Assembly (NCBI GenBank): GCA_964394295.1
Contig: CAYMVG010000004.1
Coordinates: 27,433 to 91,432 of the forward strand
Reading direction: 5' to 3'
DNA from: an uncultured Muribaculaceae bacterium
GTDB lineage: Bacteria; Bacteroidota; Bacteroidia; Bacteroidales; UBA932
Length of the DNA stretch: 64,000 nt
This document shows positions 9,841 through 20,600 of the stretch, piece by piece (within the stretch, counting starts at the first letter, position 1; every line of letters starts with the position of its first letter). The notes below the pieces were generated by a model, which saw only the letters and a list, made by a program, of their open reading frames with translations, did not search any database and had not been told where the DNA came from. The position numbers and the translations under genes were made by a program.

Positions 9841-10914
9841 ATGAAAACAAACGAGATAAACAGGGCACTGACCGAGGTGCAGCATCCGGCAAAGGGAGAC
9901 CGCAATGTCGTGGAACTCGGCATGGTGGAGAACGTGGCCGTTGACGGGAACAGGGTTACGGTCACACTGGCCTTTTCCAAGCACCGCGACCCGCTGGCGG
10001 AATATCTTATCGGCAGCACAAAGGCAGCCATAATACGCAACTTTCCCGGCACTGAAGTCGAGGTCAAGACTGTCATAAAGGGCGAGGGAGCACCAAAGAA
10101 GAAACCGGGGCTTGACCTCGGTCTTGAAGAACTGGCGGGAGTAAAGCATATTATAGGTATAGCCTCAGGAAAAGGCGGTGTCGGAAAGTCGACCGTCGCC
10201 GTGAATCTGGCTGTCGCTCTGGCAAGGCTCGGCTACAAAGTCGGCCTGGCAGATGCAGATGTATACGGACCTTCCGTGCCGAAGATGACCGGAACCGAGG
10301 GCGATATGCCGGAGGCCTTCATCGAGGAAGGTACGGAAAAGGAGATCATTGTGCCCCTTGAAAAATACGGCGTGAAGTGGATGTCGATCGGCTATTTCGC
10401 AAAGCCGGAACAGGCACTGATATGGAGAGGGCCTATGGCCTGCAATGCGCTGAAGCAGATGATTCTGCAGGTGCGCTGGGGAGAGCTTGACTTCCTGCTC
10501 ATCGATATGCCTCCGGGAACAGGCGACATACATATAAGCCTTGTCCATGACATTCCGCTTGAAGGCGCTGTCATTGTCAGCACGCCTCAGGATGTCGCTC
10601 TCGCCGATGTCGAGAAAGGCGTGAATATGTTCCGCAACGAAAGTGTGAACAAGCCTTTGTTCGGTCTTGTGGAGAATATGGCATGGTTCACGCCTGAGGA
10701 ATTGCCGGAGAACAGATATTATATTTTCGGCAAGGGCGGAGGCGCAAGAATGGCGGAGAAATACGGGATTCCTCTACTCGGACAGATTCCGATTGTCCAG
10801 AGCATACGGGAGGGCGGAGACAGCGGAGAGCCTGCCGCGCTTTCATCCCGTCCGGACGGAATAGCCTTTGCAGAACTGGCCGGAAAGCTTGTGGAATCCG
10901 TTTCCTCAAAATAG
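9841..10914 (+). CDS. mrp: Mrp/NBP35 (ApbC) Fe-S cluster carrier ATPase
   Basis: N-terminal DUF59-like domain, SGKGGVGKST, DADVYGPS, WRGPM, DMPPGTGD and VENM. Confidence 0.94.
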   Translation: MKTNEINRALTEVQHPAKGDRNVVELGMVENVAVDGNRVTVTLAFSKHRDPLAEYLIGSTKAAIIRNFPGTEVEVKTVIKGEGAPKKKPGLDLGLEELAGVKHIIGIASGKGGVGKSTVAVNLAVALARLGYKVGLADADVYGPSVPKMTGTEGDMPEAFIEEGTEKEIIVPLEKYGVKWMSIGYFAKPEQALIWRGPMACNALKQMILQVRWGELDFLLIDMPPGTGDIHISLVHDIPLEGAVIVSTPQDVALADVEKGVNMFRNESVNKPLFGLVENMAWFTPEELPENRYYIFGKGGGARMAEKYGIPLLGQIPIVQSIREGGDSGEPAALSSRPDGIAFAELAGKLVESVSSK

Positions 10915-10953
10915 CCGGGCGTCAGTCCGAACCGCCGTTTCAGATGCAGTTTT

Positions 10954-10992
10954 GTTCCCAATGTACACGTTTATGTGGCATTGGGAATATTT
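10954..10992 (+). terminator. Probable terminator after mrp
   Basis: TTCCCAATG (10955-10963) / CATTGGGAA (10979-10987) stem followed by TATTTGTT. Confidence 0.55.
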
Positions 10993-11184
10993 GTTAGTGA
11001 CTTATTCATTATTAATGTATTATATGATATTATCATTACCGATGCACATTTATGGATTTTTTTTGTTATATATTTTTCAGGTCTGTTCTGAAACGTCGGG
11101 GGATGAATCTGCATCTATATGGCCGTGAAATAATCCGCAGAAGAGAGGCAGTATGCTTTCCACTGCAAAAAACATATAAACACA

Positions 11185-13677
11185 ATGCACTTTAACAGAA
11201 CAGCGGGATTATTGTCCCTTTTTATAATGTTTGCCGGCATCTTGTCCAACAGCAGTGCCAACGGACAGCAGCGAATAACAGTCAGCGGACATGTGACCGA
11301 CTCAAAGTCCGGAGAACCATTGATCGGTGCGGTCGTATTCGTTGACGGGCAATCCGGCAAAGCCGCCAAAGACCAGAAGAAAACCCCGATACAAGGTTCA
11401 TCCACAAACAATTTCGGATTCTACAGTCTTTCTGTCGGCAAAGGACAGACAGAACTGACCTGTTCATATATCGGATACAAAGACATATCATTCGTTGTCG
11501 AATCGCAGAAAGACACGACTGTAAACATTCTCCTTGAACAGGCAGACATCTTCCTCAATGAAGCTGTCGTAACCTCCTCACAAAACGAGACAGGTGTAAG
11601 AGGAACGCAGATGAGCACAATAGAAGTGCCGATAAACCAGATAAAGAACATTCCGGCATTTGCCGGAGAAACAGATGTGCTTAAGGCAATTCAGCTGCTT
11701 CCCGGTGTCCAGTCAGGCACGGAGGCATCGGCAGGCCTGTATGTGAGAGGAGGAGGTCCGGATGAGAATCTGCTCATGATCGACGGAATACCTCTGTACA
11801 ATGTAAGCCACATGTTCGGCTTCTTCTCCGTATTCAACGCAGACGCAATCAAAAATGTAACTCTGTACAAGGGTGATTTTCCGGCCCGCTTCGGAGGCCA
11901 TCTGTCAAGTGTGGTGGATGTCAGGATGAACGACGGCAATGACCAGAGCTATCACGGAAGCGCATCAATCGGACTCATCGCGGCAAAACTCAACGTAGAA
12001 GGTCCTATTGTCAAGGGAAAGACAAGTTTCAATGTATCGGCGCGAAGAACATACATGGACCTCCTTCTGCAGCCGGTACTGTGGGCTGTAAACCAGAAAG
12101 ATGAAAAATACGGAGGAGGCTATGATTTCTATGACCTCAATGCAAAGGTTACGCACAAGTTCTCCGACAGGGACAGACTCTCGCTCAGCTTCTATATGGG
12201 AGATGACAATGCACATCTCAAGGCAAGGATAAAGGATGGTATTTACACCGACAATGGCGGCTCTTTCCAGACAGATATGAAAGGCGGATGGAAATGGGGA
12301 AATTTAGTGTCGGCACTGCGCTGGAACCATGTCATCAGCCCCAAGATGTACATGAACACGACCGTAAGCTATACCCGCTACCGGCAGAGTCTCAAAGTAG
12401 GCTATAACGACAGGGAGGAGAGCCTGACCGATGCCGGAGAAAAGAATCTGGAAGAAAGCAGCGTAAATGTAGGATATAATTCACATATCGGGGATCTGTC
12501 CGGAAATGTGGACTTCGAATACAGCCCGGACACCCGGCACAGCGTAAAATTCGGCGGACAGTACACCTGGCACGTATTCAACCCGAGCGTCAATACCGTA
12601 TCGGTTTCGGATACATACGAAAACATGAACTTTTCGACCAAATTCGGAGACCGCAAGATGAATGCGCACGAAGCGGCCCTTTATGCCGAGGACAACTGGA
12701 CAGCGACCGGCTGGCTGAAAATAAACTATGGATTACGCACTTCGCTTTATGCGATAGACGGCAAGGTGTGGCCGTCAGTGGAGCCGAGGGTCAGCGCACG
12801 TGCAATGATAACCGGCAGTCTTTCGTTCAAGGCCTCGTATTCCGAAATGAGCCAGTATGTGCACATGCTCTCGAACAGCAGCCTGACGCTTCCGTCAGAC
12901 CTGTGGGTTCCTGTAACAAAGGACATAAGGCCGATGCGCTCCCGTCAGGTGGCCGCAGGCTTCTTCTACAGCCTCGGGGCTTTTGATTTCAGTGTGGAGG
13001 GCTATTGGAAGACAATGAACAACATCATAGAGTACAAAGACGGGGCATCGTTCCTCGGTTCGACTACCGGCTGGGAGGAAAAGGTGTGCATGGGCCGCGG
13101 CTGGTCATACGGTCTGGAATTCTTCGTGCAGAAAAAGTTCGGAAAGACCACCGGATGGGTGGGATATACCCTTGCAAAGGCAATGCGCCAGTTCGACAGG
13201 GAAGGGAATATGCTCAACAACGGCCTGCCTTTCCCTGCCAAATATGACAGGAGGCACGACCTCAACATAACCGTAACCCATGCTTTCAGCAAGAAATTCG
13301 ACCTGTCGGCAACCTTTGTGTTCAGTTCCGGCAACTGCGGCACCCTGGCCATGCAGAAATTCCTGGACTCAGACCCAAGCTCCGACGGTAGCGGGTACGA
13401 ATATCCGGTGGAGTATTACGAACACAGGAACAATTACCGTATGCCCCCGTATCACAGACTCGACCTCGGAATGAATTTCTACCGCTATCACAAAAAGGGA
13501 GGCAAAAGCATCTGGAACATCAGCATCTACAACGCATATTGCCACATGAATCCGTTCCTTGTATATGTAGGCGAAGAATCGGAATACATCGACGGCAACT
13601 ACATCGGCAGGCCAGTGGTAAACCAGGTGTCGATATTTCCTATAATCCCTACTTTCTCATACACATATAAATTTTAA
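11185..13677 (+). CDS. TonB-dependent outer membrane receptor
   Basis: Signal peptide, carboxypeptidase-regulatory-like N-domain, plug motif (QLLPGVQ...YVRGG..DENL) and C-terminal aromatic beta-strand YTYKF. Confidence 0.92.
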   Translation: MHFNRTAGLLSLFIMFAGILSNSSANGQQRITVSGHVTDSKSGEPLIGAVVFVDGQSGKAAKDQKKTPIQGSSTNNFGFYSLSVGKGQTELTCSYIGYKDISFVVESQKDTTVNILLEQADIFLNEAVVTSSQNETGVRGTQMSTIEVPINQIKNIPAFAGETDVLKAIQLLPGVQSGTEASAGLYVRGGGPDENLLMIDGIPLYNVSHMFGFFSVFNADAIKNVTLYKGDFPARFGGHLSSVVDVRMNDGNDQSYHGSASIGLIAAKLNVEGPIVKGKTSFNVSARRTYMDLLLQPVLWAVNQKDEKYGGGYDFYDLNAKVTHKFSDRDRLSLSFYMGDDNAHLKARIKDGIYTDNGGSFQTDMKGGWKWGNLVSALRWNHVISPKMYMNTTVSYTRYRQSLKVGYNDREESLTDAGEKNLEESSVNVGYNSHIGDLSGNVDFEYSPDTRHSVKFGGQYTWHVFNPSVNTVSVSDTYENMNFSTKFGDRKMNAHEAALYAEDNWTATGWLKINYGLRTSLYAIDGKVWPSVEPRVSARAMITGSLSFKASYSEMSQYVHMLSNSSLTLPSDLWVPVTKDIRPMRSRQVAAGFFYSLGAFDFSVEGYWKTMNNIIEYKDGASFLGSTTGWEEKVCMGRGWSYGLEFFVQKKFGKTTGWVGYTLAKAMRQFDREGNMLNNGLPFPAKYDRRHDLNITVTHAFSKKFDLSATFVFSSGNCGTLAMQKFLDSDPSSDGSGYEYPVEYYEHRNNYRMPPYHRLDLGMNFYRYHKKGGKSIWNISIYNAYCHMNPFLVYVGEESEYIDGNYIGRPVVNQVSIFPIIPTFSYTYKF

Positions 13678-13689
13678 ACCGCGTCTGAA

Positions 13690-14652
13690 ATGAATAAAAT
13701 ATTATCAGCAGTCTTCGCTGCAGCGGCAATCATGTCGCTTGCATCGTGCGAAAAGGAAATAAAGTTCAACGGAAAGCAGCAGGAAACATCTATTGTAATG
13801 CTTTCCCTTGCCGAACCCGGACAGGATATGTCAGTGATTGTCAGACAGTCGGCTTTCATTCTGGACAAGGACGGAGACAATACCATGAGGAAGGGGCTGC
13901 CGGACGCAAAGGTAAAGGCATACATCGGAGGCAGCAATGAACCGATTCCTTTTGTTTATTCCGGAACGGATGAATATAACGGAAAGTTCATCTGCGGCTA
14001 TGCGCCAAAAGCCGGCGACAGAATCAGAATAGAGGCTGAGGCCGACGGATTCAAGAGTGCCAGTGCAGAAACGGCCGTGCCTCGGGAAGCCGTGTTTGAA
14101 GCGGTGTCGATACGTCAGGAAACCGGAGATGCTTACGAAGCAAACAATATCTATATTAAGATAAAAATCGACGATCCTGCCGGGGAAAAGAATTTCTACA
14201 GGCTGAATCTGATTCATAACTATAAGTACGATCCGGGCCTTTGGATGGATTCCGGCGATGGTGAACCGGAGGAAGAGTTTGAGTTCGGCTCAAGCAACAT
14301 GGTTTTCTACTCTTATGATCCGATTTTTACGAAAAGGAACGGCAGCGGCATTTTCGATATGGACAGAGATCAGGAGATAAGGAATTATTTCACTGACAAT
14401 ATGTTTGACGGGGAATCATATACTTTTGAAATCTATTTTAAAACCGGATACTCGAATACTGTTTCATTCGATATAATACTGGAAACCATGTCAAAGGAGT
14501 ATTATGAGTATATGGCCTCGCTCGATGCGTATTACGACTCCGATGATTTCGCCATTTTCTCGGAACCGGTGCAGGTCTTCTGCAATGTCAGGAACGGCCT
14601 GGGAAATTTCGGTGCCAAAACCACCTCAATCCGCACCGTCCCTTTTGAATAA
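13690..14652 (+). CDS. DUF4249-like lipoprotein
   Basis: Lipobox LASC, DPAGEKNFY and EPVQVFCNVRNGLGNFG motifs. Typical partner of this receptor type. Confidence 0.8.
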   Translation: MNKILSAVFAAAAIMSLASCEKEIKFNGKQQETSIVMLSLAEPGQDMSVIVRQSAFILDKDGDNTMRKGLPDAKVKAYIGGSNEPIPFVYSGTDEYNGKFICGYAPKAGDRIRIEAEADGFKSASAETAVPREAVFEAVSIRQETGDAYEANNIYIKIKIDDPAGEKNFYRLNLIHNYKYDPGLWMDSGDGEPEEEFEFGSSNMVFYSYDPIFTKRNGSGIFDMDRDQEIRNYFTDNMFDGESYTFEIYFKTGYSNTVSFDIILETMSKEYYEYMASLDAYYDSDDFAIFSEPVQVFCNVRNGLGNFGAKTTSIRTVPFE

Positions 14653-14804
14653 CCTATATACCCCAAACAGCTGTTCCGGGCACAGTTCTTCGCACCGGCG
14701 TTACCGATGATTTTCACAAGCACACCGTCCTTATCAAAGATATAGGAAAACTTTCGGGAAGGACGGGCTTGGAGGCCGACCATACTTCACGCCTGATGAC
14801 ATTT

Positions 14805-14857
14805 ATCGAAAACTATGAAAAAATCAAAGTATGAGTGATTTTTTCATAGTTTTCGAT
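14805..14857. repeat. Perfect 22-bp inverted repeat with 9-nt loop
   Basis: ATCGAAAACTATGAAAAAATCA (14805-14826) / TGATTTTTTCATAGTTTTCGAT (14836-14857), immediately followed by TATCTTTG. Confidence 0.95.
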
Positions 14858-14883
14858 TATCTTTGTTGCCAAAGATCAGACTT

Positions 14884-16236
14884 ATGAAAAGGAAAATAAC
14901 GGAAGACCTTATTGCATGGAAAAACCGGCCGGGGCACAAGCCCCTGATTCTTCAGGGCGCACGGCAGGTCGGCAAATCATATATACTCGAAAAATTCGGG
15001 AAAAACTACTATAAGAACTACGTCCGTGTCAGTCTCGACCTTGTACCAGATATAAGGAACTTCCTGAAAGAAAACATAAATCCGTCAGAAATCATTTCAT
15101 ATCTCGAAGCTCTGTTCAATATAAGAATCACGCCATCCGATACTCTGATAATATTGGATGAGATTCAAGACTGCAAACGTGCTCTCCTCGCCCTGAAATA
15201 CTTTCAGGAAGAATATCCGCAATATGATATCGCAGCCGCAGGAAGTCTTCTCGGAGTTGCAGTAAACAAAGGTGAAAAAGAGGATGAAGGTACATCGGTT
15301 ATCAGGAACGAATCCGAAGAAGAATTTTCATACCCAGTCGGAAAAGTGGACGAGCTTACGCTATACCCAATGGACTTTGAAGAATTCCTTTGGGCAACAG
15401 ACAACCATTTACTTGCAGAAAAAATCCGCAGCCATTATGCAAGTAATGAAAGAATGCCTGACTCTGTCCATAAAATGGCTATAGACTTCTATCAGAAATA
15501 TCTGATTGTTGGAGGAATGCCGGAAAGTGTCGGTAAGTTTGCCGAAACCCTCAGTTACTTGGAATGTCGCAACGTTCAACAGAAAATCCTTAACGGATAT
15601 GATGCCGATATGGGCAAATATGCACAGCCGGCAACTGCTGTGAAAATACGCGCCTGTTGGAATTCAATTCCTGCGCAACTGGCAAAAGAAAACAAGAAGT
15701 TCCAGTACAAAGTGGCCAGGAAAGGAGGTACAGCCAAGATTTTCGGTGAGGCAATCAACTGGCTTATCCTCTCCGGAACAGTTCTCAAATGCAAACTGAC
15801 AAGTCATGGATATATACCTCTGTCTGCATATGAAGATGACAGCGATTTCAAAATATATGTCGCAGATGTCGGACTGCTTGGAGCCAAAGCCCAAATGCCG
15901 GTACAAATGCTTCTGAATGCCGCCGAAACAGACAACACCTTCTTAGGTGCAATCGCAGAAAACTATGTCGGGCAAGCTCTGCGAGCCAATGGAATAGACC
16001 TGAGATACTGGAAGAATGGCAATACTGCTGAACTGGAATACGTCATACAAGACGGCATGGATGTCATACCCGTCGAGGTCAAGAAAGGCACTAAAGTAAA
16101 GGCCATCAGCATGAATACATTTATCAAGGAATATAAAAGCCCGGTAGCCTACCGCATCTCCGGCAAAAACTTCGGTTTCGCAAACGGAATCAAATCCATT
16201 CCGCTATATGCCGTATTCTGTATTGAGACTGAATAA
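14884..16236 (+). CDS. AAA_14 ATPase with DUF4143 / PD-(D/E)xK-like C-terminus
   Basis: Walker A GARQVGKS, Walker B ILDEIQ, GSLLG, PMDFEEFL, VGGMP, K.Y..DVGLL, ENYV and IPVEVK. Confidence 0.9.
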   Translation: MKRKITEDLIAWKNRPGHKPLILQGARQVGKSYILEKFGKNYYKNYVRVSLDLVPDIRNFLKENINPSEIISYLEALFNIRITPSDTLIILDEIQDCKRALLALKYFQEEYPQYDIAAAGSLLGVAVNKGEKEDEGTSVIRNESEEEFSYPVGKVDELTLYPMDFEEFLWATDNHLLAEKIRSHYASNERMPDSVHKMAIDFYQKYLIVGGMPESVGKFAETLSYLECRNVQQKILNGYDADMGKYAQPATAVKIRACWNSIPAQLAKENKKFQYKVARKGGTAKIFGEAINWLILSGTVLKCKLTSHGYIPLSAYEDDSDFKIYVADVGLLGAKAQMPVQMLLNAAETDNTFLGAIAENYVGQALRANGIDLRYWKNGNTAELEYVIQDGMDVIPVEVKKGTKVKAISMNTFIKEYKSPVAYRISGKNFGFANGIKSIPLYAVFCIETE

Positions 16237-16267
16237 CGGCCGCTGCATATCACATATAAACCCGCAA

Positions 16268-17662
16268 CTACCGGAAGAGGTTGAGGTAAGACTGGAGGGC
16301 GGTGCGGTAGGCTATGCGTGAGTCTGTGAGGGCATCCGCGCTCTGACGGAGGGCGGTCTGGGCGGACATGAGATCCGATAGCGGTATCAGGCCTGCCTTG
16401 TAACGGGCCGTCTGGTCCTCTGCCACTGCACCGGCAGCCGCCTCGCTTTCCCCGGCAAGAAGCATCTGCTCCCAGGCAACAGTCAGGTCAAGCCACAGTT
16501 TGCGGACCTGCAGAAGAAGCTGTCCGCTGAGATATTCCCTGTCATTGCCGGCTTTCTGAATCTGGACGTCATATCTTCTGAGGCGGCGCGAATATTTTCC
16601 CCAGTCGGTAATCGGAATCTTTACTGTGGCGAAGACAAGTCCGTTCAGACTGCCGTTTCCGATAAAGTTTCCGTACCCGTATGAGGCCCCGACACCGACC
16701 TGCGGCAGCACTTCCCCGAGCACCATACGTTTTTCCGCCTTGCGCGCATCTACGGCAAGATCCAGCAGACGTGTTTCCTCCCTCCCGGCAACAATCTCGT
16801 TCTCATCGCGCCAGTAAGCCACAGGCTCGTCAAGGGAATCAAGACTTCCTGCGACGGAAATGCTGTCGATATACGGAAGCGAATCCTGATTAACCGCAGA
16901 ATACGGAGTATATGGCATACCTATCGCGTTGCACAGATTCATCTTGGCAAGCCTGATACCTCCGCAAAGGTTCATCCTTGCAGACTTCAGTTCATTGATT
17001 TTCAGTTTGAGCTGAAGCATATCGGTACTTGTGGCAAGCCCGGCCCCTATGGCCGAAGACAAGTCTTTTTCAAGATTGTCGAGCATTTCCTGCACACAGT
17101 CTATTGTCGTCATCTTCTCCTGCAGCGAGACAATCTGCCAGTACATCTGCTCGATTTCCTCACTGCTTTTGCGGACCTGTATGGAATTCCGGAGTTTCGC
17201 AGCCTCTGTCCCGAGGGCGGCAAGCCTGTTTCCGCTGACGATGCGTCCTCCGGCATAGACAGGCTGAACGACCGAAACCGTTGCACTGTAACCTTTCTTC
17301 AATGTGGAATAATACGGATTGATTCCATACATCGGTGCATTCTGATCCACCCAGCCGGCGATATTGTTTGCCATGTCGGAATGGCCGAGCACGTCATTGA
17401 CAGTGAGTCTGAGGAGAGGGTCGAGGGCATAGAATGAAAATGCACTGAGCGACACCTTCGGGAAGTATTCCGCAAATGCCTCCTCTTTCTGCGCGTATGC
17501 GGCATATACATCCAGACGCGCGTTCGCAATGGCGGCATTGTTCTGCATAGCCATATCCCGGCAGTCATCCAAAGTCAGAGTCACTCCCCTTTCCTGCGCG
17601 GAAACGGACAGGCCGAGGAACAGAAACGCTGCCGCAAAATATGTCCTTATCTTCATTTTCAT
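16268..17662 (-). CDS. TolC family outer membrane efflux protein
   Basis: Signal peptide, LTLDDC..MA..NN, QPVYAGG and repeated helical OEP pattern. Confidence 0.9.
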   Translation of the reverse strand: MKMKIRTYFAAAFLFLGLSVSAQERGVTLTLDDCRDMAMQNNAAIANARLDVYAAYAQKEEAFAEYFPKVSLSAFSFYALDPLLRLTVNDVLGHSDMANNIAGWVDQNAPMYGINPYYSTLKKGYSATVSVVQPVYAGGRIVSGNRLAALGTEAAKLRNSIQVRKSSEEIEQMYWQIVSLQEKMTTIDCVQEMLDNLEKDLSSAIGAGLATSTDMLQLKLKINELKSARMNLCGGIRLAKMNLCNAIGMPYTPYSAVNQDSLPYIDSISVAGSLDSLDEPVAYWRDENEIVAGREETRLLDLAVDARKAEKRMVLGEVLPQVGVGASYGYGNFIGNGSLNGLVFATVKIPITDWGKYSRRLRRYDVQIQKAGNDREYLSGQLLLQVRKLWLDLTVAWEQMLLAGESEAAAGAVAEDQTARYKAGLIPLSDLMSAQTALRQSADALTDSRIAYRTALQSYLNLFR

Positions 17663-20600
17663 ATTGTCATCTGATTTGGCTGCTTCCCGCAGCAGGATTT
17701 TTCAGCATCCGGCAGCTGCGTTCCGGCATTTCTGAAAATCTGCCAGTAAGACACCGGCATTACCAATACAATGAGAATAATGGACATCATAGTACCGAAA
17801 CATATCACTATTCCCATAGGCATCCAAAGCGAATCTCCGCTAAGAATCATCGGCAGCACACCGAGGGCAGTCGTGCATGAGGTCAGGAAAATCGGTCTCA
17901 TCCTCCTGCGTCCAGCCTCCTCAGCGGCCTCCTTGACCGGAAGTCCCCCGGCAAAGCGCAATTCCTCGGCATACTCGAACATAATTATTCCGTTCCTCAC
18001 AATGATTCCCACGAGACTTATAAGACCGAGTACCGAGGTCATTCCGAAATCAAGACCGAATATCCACAGGCCGAAAAACGCGCCGAACAGGCAGAGCAGG
18101 CTCAGTGCCATTGTCAGTACCGCCAGCGACATTTTCTTGAAATGGAACAGCAGGAAGAAGAACAGAACGGCGACAGCACAGAGGAAACTCAGCATTATTT
18201 CCGGAATCACAGTGTTGTTCGTACCGGTCAGTCCCCCATACGAAACTTCCACTCCCTCAGGAAGTGCAGGACCGAGAGTTTCTTTTATATAAGCATCTAT
18301 ATGAGACATGGCATCCGGCTGGCTCTTGCCCATGACCATATCGGCATAGACCGTTATGCTCTCACGGCCTCCGGTATGCGGAATCTGCTGCGGTTCCCAA
18401 CCCGGAGTCACGGAGGCCACCTGCCTCAACGGCACATCCACACCAGGCAGAGATGTAGATATCATCTGGTTTCCGATTACATCGTATGACATATCATCCG
18501 ACACGGCATCGCTGTACAGATTGACCGGTATCTTAGTGTTGCCCTCCCACACAGAAGCAAGCGTCTGTCCGTTGAAAGCACCTGCAAGAGAAAGCGAAAG
18601 CAGAGTCCTGTTGACTCCGAGCCTTGCCGCCTCGTCTGGGTCAAGACTGACATTCACTGTCGATATGTACTCGTCGCAGTCGCTGTGAACCCATTTCAGA
18701 AGGTTATCCATTCCTGCCATAAAACATTTGAGGGTATCGGCATACGGCTTCATCGTTTCCAGATCCCTGCCTTTGAAACTTACGGCGACAGGGGCGACTG
18801 TCGCTCCCTGATAGTCCATCTGCTTGAACCTTATCTGGGCTTCCGGAAAATAATTTTCGTACACAAGCTCATATTCCCTCAGTACATCCTCGGTCTCTTT
18901 GGCCGTGTTGGTGTTCACTATCAGCTGGGCGAAATTCGGGGCCGGAACCTTCGGGGCGTATGTGGAATGGAAGCGCGGAGAGCCTGTCCCGACAAAAGAT
19001 GTCACAGAGGCGACACGGCGGTCTGCAAGCAGGATATGCTCTAATGAATCAGTAACTTCGCGCGTCCGTTCAAGCCCGGAACCGGCATCGAGATAAATCT
19101 CCACGGCAAAGCAGTCCCTGACCGCCATAGGCATCATCTGGATGTTCAGCTGGAGGAACATCAGGATTCCGAGTGCGATTGCAGCGACTCCGGCAAGAAT
19201 TGTAAAATAAGGATGCCTGAAACAGACTCCCTGAAGCCTGTCATAACTGTTCTGGAGCGCATTGAAGAATTTCTCCTGCCGTCTCGCGAACCATCCGTCA
19301 CCGTCTGTCCTGGCAGACTTTATATATTTGACCTCCAACGACGGGACAACAGTCACGGCATATACCAGCGATGCGGCAAGGGCGATACATATAACCCACG
19401 GGAAAGACTGGACGAAATCTCCGAGATAGCCGGAAATAATGCCGAGCATAGGGAAAAACATCAGACTTATGGCCGCAGTCGCAAGCAGCATAGGCATGAA
19501 CAGTTCCTTCGCGCTCGCACACGCGGCTTCGACACGGTCCATTCCCCTGCCGAGTTTGTCCATATACCCGTCCATGGTTATGATCGAGTCGTCCACAATC
19601 ATTCCCAGGACTACAATCAACGCGGCCAGAGTCACTGTATTCAGGCTCATTCCCGTCAGATACATTACGGCTATGGCGACAGCTGTACAGGCCGGCACTC
19701 CCGTACTCGCAATCATCGCGGAACGGGCCGGGAACAGGAGCAGCATCACCACAATCACCACCAGCATGGAAATAACAAGATCGCGGAGAAAAGACCATAC
19801 GGAAGTCCTGACAACCTTGGGCTGGTCCGTAATTTTTGTAACCGTCACGCTGTCCGGCAAGCCATCCGAAAAGTCCTGAAGAACCCTGTCCACCTCACGG
19901 CCGAAGGCCACGATGTTATTGTCCGGACGCATCTCGACCGAAAGCACCAGAGCGGTGTGCCCGTTATAGCTCACGAGAGCAGACGGCTCTTTGTATCTCC
20001 TTTCTACCGATGCTATGTCCGAGAGCCTTATGACATCTCCCTGAGGACTCGAATAGACGATTTTTTCGGCTATTTCCTTTTCGCTGCCCACATTTGAAGC
20101 TATATATACGGGGGAATTTGCATACTCCGTCCGGAAAGTCCCTCCCATAAACTGCAGGCCGGCAGTCTGATAGTCAAACATCAGTCCGGAAGGCGATATG
20201 CCGTAGGCCGAAAGCCGCTCCATGTCCATCTTTATGGCAATCTCCTCGCTCTGCGTACCGTAAACCTTGACATTGGCGAGGGTCGGTATCTCCCGAAGCC
20301 TTATGCTGAGGTCATCAGCGTATTCCTCCATTTCGCCATAGCTCTTGTCGGAAGACTCCATTGCTATCAGCAGCGAGGACACGGAACTGAAATCGTCCAT
20401 GACGGCCACGGCAAGGACTCCCGGAGGAAGCAGAGGCTTGTATGAGTTGAGTTTGTGCCTTATTTTCGACCAGACCTCATCCTTTTTGCTTGCCGGGGAA
20501 TTGAGCATCACATAGATATAGCACATTCCGTCGCGGGAATATGAATATGTGGACCGGTTCACTTCCGAAAAAGAAAACAGAAGCTCTTCCAAAGGCTTTG

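Noticed and set aside
11080-11170. Cobalamin or TPP riboswitch upstream of the TonB receptor
   Set aside because: No B12-box or TPP core consensus could be found by eye.
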